Assembly (NCBI GenBank): GCA_032718475.1
Contig: JAUCBJ010006695.1
Location: 62,001 to 126,000 of the forward strand
Direction: 5' to 3'
From: Nemertoderma westbladi
Lineage: Eukaryota > Animalia > Xenacoelomorpha
Length of the DNA stretch: 64,000 nucleotides
The notes below the pieces were generated by a model. It did no database searches. It was not told where the DNA came from and saw nothing but the letters and a program-made list of their open reading frames with translations. Shown in pieces: positions 49,078-61,000 of this stretch. Made by a program: the position numbers and the translations under genes. Every line of letters begins with the position of its first letter. Within the stretch, counting starts at the first letter, position 1.

Positions 49078-50142
49078 CTAAGATAGAGTAGGGCCACCGT
49101 TGTTGTACATCACCATGGGAAAGACTTTGGGAATGTGGCAAATATACTTCCTGCACTTATCGACGGTGAGCTTCTCCTCCCAAAAAGTTATTATTCCAGC
49201 TTTTAATTCCGCCTGATTTTGGGGTTTGATCTCGTTCCTCAGAAACTCCTTGATTTCGTGCCAGACCAGTTCGATGGGGTTTAGGTCTGGGGATTCCGGT
49301 GGCCAAAACTCAGTACTATAGTTTATCTTATATTGGTCTATAAATGCAACCGTGAACTTGCTTGTGTGGCACGTGGCAGAATCGGCCTGCAGAATATAGT
49401 CATTATTACTATACCTTTGTGCAATGAAGGGAACAATAACTCGTTCTAATGTTGTACAATATTTTTTGGAATCGATACGTTGATTGCCAGATAATATTGC
49501 TAAGGGTGTTCTGCCTTCCCAACTGATTCCACCATAAATGTTAAGTTTTACGGGGTGTTTGGCCCGAGAGCGCAATCTCATAAACGCATCACCTTTTTTG
49601 ACATAAAATCTATTTCTACATGAGTCTAACTGTACCGAACATTCATCAGTAAATATAATTTTTCGTAATAAATGTAGTTTGTTGTACATATTATTTACGA
49701 AAGTCATTCTCTTTACTTTATTCACGTCCCTGACGATTTGGCAGTACTTTGCCGAAGCGGATATCCAGCCAAGCTTTCTCCTGATCCTCTTAATTGTAGT
49801 CCGAGAGTATTGCACCCCAAATTCTCTATTCACCTTACTGCGAATTGTTTCGGCAGATATTTCGCCTTTGGCCTTCTCGATAACCAAATCAATAAAGTCA
49901 TAAACATTACTGAAAACCTTGGGTTTTCTACCTCGGCGATGGTTGTCAGATATATTTCCTGTTTTTATTACCCGATCCACTAGTTTCCTCACACCACGCG
50001 GTTGAAGAAGGTAATTTTCCTCCCGGGCTATATTCTTCACAATGTTTATGACAGAAAGTCCCTTGTTGTGCAATCGCCATATTCGATGTCGAATAAAAAG
50101 TGGGTAGCGTTGACCACGGTTTATCTTTTGATGTGTCACCAT
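49078..50142 (-). CDS. IS630-Tc1-mariner (ITm) transposase, intact 354 aa, DD36E spacing
   Basis: N-terminal HTH, GRKPK linker, IFTDE, LQAD, WPPESPDLNPIELVW; 36 residues counted between the second D and E. Start MVTHQK assumed because the upstream ORF extension is AT-rich and not coding-like. Confidence 0.9.
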   Translation of the reverse strand: MVTHQKINRGQRYPLFIRHRIWRLHNKGLSVINIVKNIAREENYLLQPRGVRKLVDRVIKTGNISDNHRRGRKPKVFSNVYDFIDLVIEKAKGEISAETIRSKVNREFGVQYSRTTIKRIRRKLGWISASAKYCQIVRDVNKVKRMTFVNNMYNKLHLLRKIIFTDECSVQLDSCRNRFYVKKGDAFMRLRSRAKHPVKLNIYGGISWEGRTPLAILSGNQRIDSKKYCTTLERVIVPFIAQRYSNNDYILQADSATCHTSKFTVAFIDQYKINYSTEFWPPESPDLNPIELVWHEIKEFLRNEIKPQNQAELKAGIITFWEEKLTVDKCRKYICHIPKVFPMVMYNNGGPTLS

Positions 50143-52187
50143 AATATTGAAATGAATTAAAAGATAATACTGTAGTGAAAATATATACCAAATTATACTG
50201 CAGTAAAAAAAAGCGGTTGTTAATACCGATAATGTTAATCGTAATAATAAACTGACATACTGTACTTGTACAGTAATACTGTAAAAAAACATTCAAAATG
50301 TATACTGTGCCCCTCACTCCATGAAAGACCGCTATGAACGAATGTCTGAGAAGACACACCATGAAAGGAGGCTCCGCCCCCATCATAGGATGAGTTTTCT
50401 TTGTACATCTGGATTCTGATTGGTCGTTCTTTCCTGTGTTTCTACAGTCTACATAATTATAATGTAACATTATTCTACAGCCTTTAATCACTTTGCAATT
50501 TAATGTTTAACTGTTTTCAATAATTTCCTTCAGAAATTTCAGAGTTTCAGGTTACAGAGGCGTGCTGGGGAACCAAAACAATAAACGAAAGTTAACACAT
50601 GTGTTTTGTATTTGTACAGGTCTTTATTACTTGGGTCGTTGGTCTTTGTTTTGTAGTCACCCGACACTGCAGTGTTGCGTGGGGGCCACCAATCCACCCA
50701 CCCACACTCAACTCCCAAATTCCTGGACATTAGGATACTGAGTGAAAGCGTCTGAAACTACTACAGGAAATCCATGACAGACTATGGGCTAGCGACTAGG
50801 GACTGGCGCCCTTGAACATGTAAACTGTAGGGCCTAGTACCTACTTTACCACCTACCTTAAAGTGACCTGTGGGACCAGCCCATTATTAGTGAGGTCGGC
50901 ATTTCTCTTTATCCTGCAGCTCTCTTTGTATTACAATAGCATACAGCTAACCAATGGCAATGGTCTCCCCCCAGTGCGGGAAAGACAAGCAGGCTACCAT
51001 TGAAATGAATAGGGGAAGGATGATAATATGGTGTGTTCGTGTTCCCATCCTAATGTCTGTCGTCTTGGCTCCGCTAAGCTTAAACAGAGCCACAGCCTTA
51101 CAATAGAGCTTTACCTAAATACACTTCCAGTGAGCCAAGCAGTAGTAGTGGCGGGTTAGCTCCAAAATGCCCATGTAGGATTTCTTCGAAAAAGGACCAT
51201 CAATAATAGTCGACCCCATCTGCTTCAATTTCATCATCAACCTCATAGGTGTTTTCGAGTGCTTAATAACTGCTCGAATTTCTTATACAACTTATATATA
51301 ACAATAATATAATTTAACATATAATAATTTTACAACTTTATCTCAACATGCCGTATTATTCTCTCCCCAAACCAGATAATTCAATACTAAACCGCAGTAG
51401 CCTATATATAGACACTAACTATAAGCCTAATATATATAGACACTACTAACCGCACACTGTTAATGTTCATGGAGTGTATGTGAATGGATGGGTATATGGA
51501 TGGAGGAGCCTAGACCATTGAATAATTAATTTAGTGCAGGGAGATGTCGCGCCATTAGTCTGACACCGAGAGGGCACAGAGAAACACCAGAAGATGCCTT
51601 AACATCACTAACTATAGGCCTGCCTACTAGACACTATTAACCGCACACTATAAAGGTAAACAAAATCCTTATCGCATTTCCAGCTGCAGTGAGTGACAGT
51701 TCGCGGCAAACTACAGAGAGTTTCCAGCTTACTAAGCGTTTCAAAAGTATTCAATTGTATCCTTTGGCGAAAGAATTTTGGTTGTTGCCAATTCAATTAT
51801 GTTCAATTATGTTCAATTGTCCCGTTCAACAGCATTACATTACACTGGTACACATTTGATAAAATGTGTTCACAATTGTACAAATCTGCGTTTTCTGGTG
51901 GCCTGTACTGTATTTCTTCAAACTGTCAGACTGCTGATTTCTGGAATGTCAGACAGTTGATTTCAACATGCCTATGCCAAAACATTCAAAATTTGTTGAT
52001 TTCTGGTCTGTCGGACAGTTGGTTTCACTATGCCTGTGCCAAAAACATTCCATGAGTTATAGACTATGAGATAGAATTCCATATGCGCCTGTGGTAAAAG
52101 ACTCTAAATTTAATAGTTTGTGGTTGTTGCCGATAATCGATTACCACATGACGTAGCAAAACACTCATTTTATAGCCAAAAACAATT

Positions 52188-54717
52188 CCCAGTAAAAAAT
52201 CCGCATTCGTAACGCATGGGATGGCGCATATTTCACGCATTCGTAACGCATTCTGAAATGTTACATAGATGAACCATGCGATACGAATGCAAAAACCGAA
52301 CCAAATACGCATCCTTTATTCGCATATCGAATGTAATACGAACCTTATCCGAATCCCGCACATTCTACGAATGCGTCCCTAATCTTATACGAATGTTTCC
52401 CACACACGATTCGAATGCGTCCCGCATGTTATATACGAATGTTTCCCATGCTATACGAATGCGTTACGAATGTTTTACGAGTGTTATACGAATGTTTACC
52501 GCAGGATTTTTATTTTTTTATTATTTCGCTACAGTTTACATAGTTTTAACAGTTTACAACTGATAAAACGTGTCCATTTTATTTTATTTTTTTAAATATA
52601 CTTGATATTCCGAATCGAATATGAAAGCCATTTTCAATTTCCCCAAAAAAATGTTCAGATATAATTCAAGAACACGCAATTTCAGACGTAAATCGTTATA
52701 GTTATTATTATACTTATTAATTATTATTTATGGTTTATTATTTTTTATGATATTTTATTATTATATTATTTTATTATTATATTATTTTATTATTTTATTA
52801 TTTTATTATTATATTATATTATTTTATTATTATATATATTTTTATTATTATTTTATATATATTATATTACTTATTATCGAAAAAAAGCGAATTAATATTC
52901 TAGAATAATTATAGTAAAAAAAACTTTGAAATTATGTTGATGCATCTCATAAAATGTATTCCTTTGATGTATTTTGTCTGTAAGATTTTTTTACCATTAA
53001 TAAGTGTAGGGCCTACTGTAGCAGTAACCGGTAATTAACTGCTACAGTATATCAGTAGACATTTTAATGGCTTTTTATAGCGAATTAAACAAATTCGACC
53101 TGGAGGCCTAAGAAACTGTGTGAGAATATCACCATACACACGTACAATTTAATAAAAATGCCACATGCTTTATAATATGTATTGGCACTGTACTGTAGGC
53201 CAGGTGAGATAAATAATGACAACATAAAACTACTGTAATAACTTTGGGAAATGAGTACTACTGTAAAGGGGCTAAAACTACGGGTGGGGGGGGGGGGGGG
53301 GGGGGGGTGCCTAGTGCCTACATACTATAAGTATGCCTACATACTGTAGTTCGTTAAGTTAATACAGTAGTTTTATGTTGTCATTATTAATCTCACCTAC
53401 CCTACAGTACATAACCTTTACATTATTACATTATATCAAGCATGTTGGTAAAGGGAACAGGTTTACATACCAAAATAATGGGGAACCAAAATAATAAATG
53501 GGAGTTGAGAATCACTGGGCAACCCATTAAATAAATATATAGTATAAAAGTACATAGGACTGGCTGACTGGTAACAAAGGGGGAAATCTACTAACTAATA
53601 ACACTATGTTCGATTATTTGCCGAATTTTGATTGGTCAGTATTACAGTCTGTACGGTACTCTAATTGAGAGTGCTTTGCATGCGTATCGCCAGGGCGGAT
53701 TAACATATTTGTGGCCCTAAGGCTATTTTGAAAAAGTGGCCTGAAATTAGTTTTTCACATAATATTGTTTATAGTATAATTAATTAATTAATGTATAATG
53801 TAATATTACAACCAATCACCAATCTAATATAGGCCTATAACGATATCGAAATCACAATAAGTCTATTAACTAATATGAAACTCACTAATATGAAACAGTT
53901 AGTATTATTCATGGTTGATTAATTAATATTCTCCCTTTTCGGATTTTGGCAATAGCGAAATCTATCTAGCAAATCATTCTCAATACACATAAGTGACAAT
54001 GAGCAGAGTCTACCTTGCTTCATGGTTGATCTTATGTCACTTTCGTCACTTTTGTCGCTGATCTATTGTAGTAGGCTGGTAGCAAACTGAGATATTGTAG
54101 ATGGCTAGGCTGGCATGTAGGCAATATACAAATAATACATAGTACATAACCAAGGGTGTATCTACTCAGTTTAATGAACTGGTTCCAGGCTAGCCTGAAC
54201 ACGGACGGGTCCATATACTAAGAAACTAATGATGTAAAGTGCCCCTTTTACAGACTATTTTATAGGCTTCCTATTAACTCTCATTACATTCAACTCATTA
54301 CAAGTCAACATTTTTGTAGGAAAGTGACCGCTTTTTTCAATGGCCCTAAGGCTTCAGCCTTATTAGCCTACTGGTTAATCCGGCCCTGCGTATCGCATGC
54401 GTCACGAATGGACCACGAATAATTTTAAGCGTGGCGTGGCTAAGCATTCGTATCGCATGTGGCACGAACGAATGAACCACGAATTATTTTTTGTGTGGAG
54501 TGGAAGCATTCGTATCGCATGTGCCACGAATGATGAGCCACGAATATATTTACAAGTGAAATCTCACATGCGATACGAATACTATACGCATTCGTTAAAT
54601 TATTCGGACTGACGAACCATTGACGAAGGCTTCACGAATCTTAAATAACATTGCACGCACCTTTTACGAATGCTGCATGTGGTACGAATGCGTTACGCAT
54701 GGGGATTTTTTACTGGG
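52188..54717. mobile_element. Non-autonomous EnSpm/CMC-like element
   Basis: TIR CCCAGTAAAAAATCCNCATNCGTAACGCAT; 2-bp TSD TT; many subterminal (C)GAATGCG/CGCATTCG motifs. Confidence 0.82.
53691..54388. mobile_element. hAT-like MITE nested in the EnSpm-like element
   Basis: TIR CAGGG(C)CGGATTAAC; 8-bp TSD CGTATCGC at 53683-53690 and 54389-54396. Confidence 0.88.
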
Positions 54718-54719
54718 TT

Positions 54720-55322
54720 ACCAATTGATGGAAAGGAGCAGGTTAAGGCCGGATTTTCTAACCAAAACAATAAACAGTCACTTTACCAAATCAGGGAAAG
54801 GAGCAGGTTACAGAGGCGGATTTTCTAACCAAAACAATAAACGATCATTTAACTAATTGAGGGAAAGGAGCAGGTTACAGAGACGGGATTTTCTAACCAA
54901 AACAATAAACGATAACATTACCAATTGAGAGAAAGGAGCAGGTTACAGATGCGGGATTTTCTAACCAAAAACAATAAACAGTCACTTTACCAAATCAGGG
55001 AAAGGAGCAGGTTACAGAGACGGGATTTTCTAACCAAAACAATAAACGATAACATTACCAATTGGGAGAAAGGATGAGCAGGTTACAGAGGCGGGATTTC
55101 CTAACCAAAACAATAAACGATCACTTAATTAATTGAGGGAAAGGGGCAGGTTACAGAGGCGGGATTTTCTAACCAAAACAATAAACAGTCACTTTACAAA
55201 ATGAAGGAAAGGAGCAGGTTACAGAGGCGGGCCTTTCTAACCAAAACAATAAACGGCGTCACTTTACTAAATCAGGCAAAGGAGCAAGTTACAGATGAGG
55301 CGGGATTTTCTAACCAAAACAA
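54720..55322. repeat. ~67-bp tandem repeat GAAAGGAGCAGGTTACAGAGGCGGGATTTTCTAACCAAAACAATAAAC..., ~9 copies
   Basis: Direct periodicity; inverted array at 46013-46335; degenerate monomers near 47780, 50550 and 57735. Confidence 0.9.
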
Positions 55323-58066
55323 CCGGTCAGCCGTTAGGCCTACCAGTGCCGTAATTAAATGGTAGGCTACACAGTAGGCCTACAGCAGTACCGGTGCCGC
55401 TACCGGTACTAAAATTCAGAAATGCCTGCTTTATACCTACCGGTACATCTGTACATACAGAAAAATAGTGCTATATATACTAATACCGGTCCTGATAGCC
55501 TGAGAGAACAGCAGTAGAGAAACCGGTAGCATGGAACCTAACATTAGATTTTTGGAGGACATAAAAAATAAAAAAAAGGACAAAAAAAGGATTTAAACGG
55601 ACAATAAAAATTATTGCGAAATAATAATACGAAAACCAGTTCACACTTCACAGTGCCGTACTGCATATCAGACAGTCAGAACCAGATAATAGAGGTTGAG
55701 GTAAGTTTCAACGACACTACCCGAACAGAACAAGACTGAAATCAGGTAAACTGATAAATATTTGTAGGCCTACCGGTCCCGGTATACAGTAGCAGTATTG
55801 TGCACCATCTTGATGACATTGCGGGTATGGAAGCATTTTTTATTAAGTTCTTGGTTGGGAATTTATTTATAATATCCTACTTATATATTCGGGATTACTG
55901 GGATACATTATACTGCATAAGTATAATGAATGTATTTCTCGTTGTTGCTCATTGTTACTCGTTGTTGCTCATTGTTGCTCGTTGTTGCTCATTGTTGCTC
56001 GTTGTTGCTCATTGTTGCTCGTTGTTGCTCATTGTTGCTCGTTGTTGCTTATTGTTGCTCGTTCTTGCTCATTGTTGCTCATAGTTCTCGTTGTTGTTCA
56101 TTGTTGGTCATTGTTGCTCATTGTTACTCGTTGTTGTACTTTATTATTGCTCGTTGTTGCTCGTTGTTGCTCATTGTTGGCTCGTTGTTGCTCATTGTTG
56201 CTCATTGTTACTCGTTGTTGTCTCATTGTTGCTCGTTGTTGCTCATTGTTGCTCGTTGTTGTCTCATTGTTGCTCATTGTTGCTCGTTGTTGCTCATTGT
56301 TGCTCGTTGCTGCTCATTGTTGCTCGTTGTTGCTCATTGTTGCTCGTTGTTGCTCATTGTTGGTCATTGTTGCTCATTGTTACTCGTTGTTGTACTTTAT
56401 TATTCCTCGTTGTTGCTCATTGTTGCTCGTTGTTGCTCATTGTTGCTCGTTGTTGCTCATTGTTGCTCGTTGTTGCTCGTTGTTGCTCATTATTGTTTGC
56501 TCGATTGTTGCTCGTTGTTGCTCATTGTTGCTCGTTGTTGCTCATTGTTGCTCGTTGTTGCTCATTGTTGCTCGTTGTTGTACTTTATTATTGCTCATTG
56601 TTGCTCATTGTTGCTCGTTGTTGCTCAGTTGTTGCTCGTTGTTGCTCATTGTTGCTCATTGTTACTCGTTGTTGTACTTTATTATTGCTCATTGTTGCTC
56701 GTTGTTGGTCATTGTTGCTCGTTGTTGTACTTTATTGTTGCTCATTGTTGCTCGTTGTTGCTCATTGTTGCTCGTTGTTGGTCATTGTTGCTCGTTGTGC
56801 ATTTTAGCACCTACCTACGTACAAACTAAACCTTGAAATATGAAATACATCAATATATGAATACCGAAGCTAGCTGGTAGCAGTAATGCACAAATTAAAG
56901 AAAATGGAAAGCACACTCCAGTGATAAATACATTTAGACAGTGTGCATTCTCGGTTCTCTGAACGAGATTCCATTCATGAGTCGAGATTCCACATAGATT
57001 CCGCAAAGAAAATTGGATATACCTTCCCGGTTGAATCCCTCATCTTATAGTTCTAACTTGTCATTTAAAACTTTAAATCCTGCGTCATAAGACTTCTCTG
57101 ACTTATCCTTATAGTTATAAATGACGCGAGAGGAATACTACCAGCCCAGCATGTGATGATGATCTATCCATATACAATAGCAATACGTTACTGTAGTTGC
57201 AACGGCAGCATTAATGCTACTCTTGACAAATTGGGGAAACCAGCAAAAGCGCGCCGTTGTCAAATATTCTGTCAACGCTGCAACGGCGCGCGTTCTGTCA
57301 ACGGCGCGCGTTCTGTCAACGGCGTGCGTTCTGTCAACGGCGAGCCCTGTTGTCAGATTGTAATAAATTTGATCAACGGCGCTGGGCGCGCACTCTGACA
57401 ACCACGCGACCTGCTGGCATGACTATTCAACACGCAGTACTGGTACTGTGTTTACTTTCCACAATAATTTTTCTTGTCCGTTTAAATCACTCATAATGTC
57501 CTCATTTTTTTACTTTTATGTCCTCCAGAAATCTACCATTAGGTTCCATGCTGCCGGTTTTTCTACTGCTGTTCTCTTAGGCTATCAGTACCTGTATCCA
57601 GTATCCTGTATTTGTATATAGAGCAGTATTTTGCAGTATTGCTGTATTGTACAATGGAGACAGGGAGGGAAACTGGACGCAAAACCCGCCTTGGCGAATT
57701 AATATCCCGCCTCAATGTTAAATTCTCAATTTAGGGAAAGGAGCAGGTTACAGTGGCATGTTATTTTAATCAAAACAATAAACTAAGCATAATAGAACAG
57801 GTTATACAGTTTTATTTTTGAGAATAATCAGCTGTTATTTGCGTCGAATTTCCCCTGGAGAGGGATGAATTTTTATTGCGTCAAGTTTCCCCCCCCCTAT
57901 CTGGTACAATGTAGGTATAAAGCTTATAAAAATAATTATATACACATAGCATTATAGGCCTAATACTCAGCTACTGTACAATATGCAATAGATTCTGATA
58001 CCGCCACCGGTACTCTGATATGTAGCCTAAACAGTTGTAAATGAGAGAATGATTGTAATTAATCAA

Positions 58067-61000
58067 TGTGACGGGATCCCTGAGTTGGCGAGGGAATCCC
58101 GACCCATGTGTTTTGCTTTTGGGTAGTAGGCGTCGCCACATCCGCTGGCTACTGAAAGGCTTGTGGTACCTGAGTACGAAAGGCTGGAGGCCGAAAGAAT
58201 AACTGAGTTTTAGTGGCAGTTGTTCGTAATGTCAGAATACAATAATAGCACAATCAGAATATAATAATAGCACGGTTATTGAAGACAGTCTAAACTCACG
58301 CTTAAAAGTCTAAATTACGACTTAAAAATAAACTGTGACAAAACGCCAACAGGAGGATGAGCGAACAACAGCCCCAAGGTCCAGAGGGAGAAGGAAGCCC
58401 GCCGCGCACTCTGAGCGATAGAGACCAGACGATCCGGGAGGCAGTGACGAGGCAGTACCGGCAAGCCACACCTGATTCGCCGAGGAGGGACGGTTCGGTT
58501 GTTGAGGAAGAGAGCGGTCGAGTATGAGGAGAAGAAGGATATGAGACGCGAGACGCGAGTCGGCACGAGATGAGAGCGGCGAGAGGAGTACTGGAGTCGC
58601 CGGCCAACCAGTGGCTACAGGTGGCGAGCGGCCCACCGGAACGGCAACAGTGGGGCCGACGGTACGACGCCGGGCGAGGAGAGAAGGTCAAGTTCAGGAG
58701 GAAGATGTCAGGACGAGTGATCGCCTGCGACGAGGGTACAATGCAATGAGGAAGTTACTCAAGGATGCTAAGACTGGAGGAAAGGTAGACCAGCCCACCA
58801 AGTTGTACCGGAGACTCGGTGAGTGCAGGAGTGTAATAAACATTTCCACCACCTAGTCCGATTTGGGCAGGGGGAACTAGCGAGTGAGAGGGCGAGGGGG
58901 GTCGCCGCAGAACTGTTCGAATTTGGAATTATGGCAATCCGAGATAATGCCACCTGGTGTAGTGTACGTAGGGCCTTATCTAGTGGCTGCACGGGGAATT
59001 AAGTTAGTCATTAGTGGGATGGGCGGATCCGCACGACGCCGAACCCGAGGTTAACCCCGAAGATTCGGTGTCGTCGGTTAGTAGAAATGCTAGCAAGCAC
59101 GGCAAAATTAGTAGAACGAACAGGCGATGGGAGTCCGTCGCAACCGAAAAGTCCGTTACATCCTCCACGAAAACAAGAAGGGTGTTAGAGATAGATCTGG
59201 CGTGTCCTGTGTCAGCTAGACATGGTCGCATTAGACCAAAAGGAATTAGAGAGACAGCTGGATGAGGGAACTGCGTTATTAGAAAGGGAAAGGGAGCTAG
59301 CGAGAGAGTGTAAAGAGAGGGCCAAGAAGGTGGTGAGAAACTATAGAGAGCGAGAGGCGAGAGAGTTAGCCTATCAGAGTGTTAGAGAGGACAGAAAAAA
59401 AGAGAGGGCGGGTAAGAGAATGCGGGATGATATGCATACCCGGTTGAGGGGGCTAATGCAGTATCAGGCGAAGCAAAAACGCTGATTAGAACTGGCGAAA
59501 ATGGATTTGTCAGAGAGTGAAGCTGGTTTGGGAAGTATTTATAAGGAACCAGGGATGATGGAAACCTTTGTTAATACCCCACTTACAGGTACCGGTGGAC
59601 TGCCGGAGGACATAAGCAAAACTGGTGCGACCTGGACGGATAGTAGAAGGGCATCGAATATCCGCGAGGCCGTACAACCGACTAGACTGCTAGAGGGAGG
59701 GACGTTGGTGCCGTAAGCGGCCAAACGAGATAACATCAAGCCCACTCGGAAGATGGAAGGAGAACGGTAGAGTTCATCCAGGAGGTCGATACGAGACCTC
59801 ATGAAGTTGGACATAATGCCGAAACCGGAGGACGCGAGGAGGAACGAGATGTTGCAACGGGCAACCAGAGACATCGTGACAGGACGGACAGTGAACCATC
59901 GATAATCGAAGTAGAGAGGGAGGGCTGGTGGGGCTGTACTTTGGGAGATTGCCATCACCCCGGAGAAACATAACCTGTTGAAATATACCACACACCGGTA
60001 GAGGGGTACAGAGTGTACTGAACGAGGAGGAAGATAGAAGAAGGGATCGAGGAGAGACTTCCCGTCGGAATGTAGCTGCCGATCGATGATATGGTAGTCG
60101 TGGGGAGGAGTTGTCGGAATATTCAAGAAGATTAAACACAGACAGACTGCAGGACATACTATAGGTCTTACTGCACATACTATAGGCCATGCTGGAAGAG
60201 ATAGTGTAGGTAACACGAAATGGGTTTAACGGCTAACGCGAATGCCGGGATTGGACCCGAAGGTCGCGGCTTACATACCGGTGAGTACTGGAGTAGGCAG
60301 GAACCGGCTCAATGCAGTTTCCGGTACCTACACTTTTTCTTACTTGTACTGCAGTACTGTTGCAAACCACCTTTAGTCAGACAGTTACCGGTACACTGTC
60401 ATACTGTCATAGGCCTATCATAACCATTTATTCTTGTAAAGATGGTTTGGTTTATTATTTTGGTTAGGGTTAGTTGGTCAGGCCTCAACCATAATTAAAA
60501 CTGTCATGTACCCAACCCTAAGTCATAATCTAAGAAATTCCGCTAAATTTCTTAGATTATGACTTAGGGTTAGGGTTACATGACAGTTTTAATTAGGGTT
60601 GATGGCAATAGATTAGCTTTATTAGATGGCATTGCAGTATGGGCCCCAATATAATGACATCTACCCCAGTGCCAAATATAACATCGGTGGGGGGGGGGGG
60701 GGGGGGGGAGGGGGGGTGGACAGGGTGACATTCCCCCATTACTGTATCCGCAGTACACGCAACCAAACATAAATATCGCAACCCCCCCAGATCCAAATAG
60801 AGAGGGGACCATTACCCCTGATGATATACCCTACTCAGGGAAAGTCGACGAACCCGAGAGGTGAAACACAATCAACGTCGAAGGAGCCTGCATCCGTACT
60901 GTCGAGCGCGCTGGAAATTCAAGCGATGGGAATGGCAATACTCATTGATGCGCTGAAAACTAGAATAGAGCTGCCACCAGTGGAGCCTTTTAAGTTTGAT

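Larger units (their letters stand above)
47029..56815. mobile_element. 9.8-kb Foldback/Mutator-like TIR element with 10-bp minisatellite arms
   Basis: TIR GGTAGGTGCTAAAATGCACAA followed by (GAGCAACAAY)n arrays at 47048-47292 and, inverted, 55936-56797; 9-bp TSD TACGTACAA at 47020-47028 and 56816-56824. Confidence 0.88.

Noticed and set aside
55800-56836. Cys/Leu-rich ORFs (also 46973-47294 and 35309-36489)
   Set aside because: Translations of 10-bp and 15-bp minisatellites, open in several frames at once.
60281-60625. Spliceosomal intron in the Pao gag (GTGAGT ... TTTATTAG)
   Set aside because: Splicing at these sites leads to a stop within ~10 codons in the upstream frame, and the element is decayed anyway.
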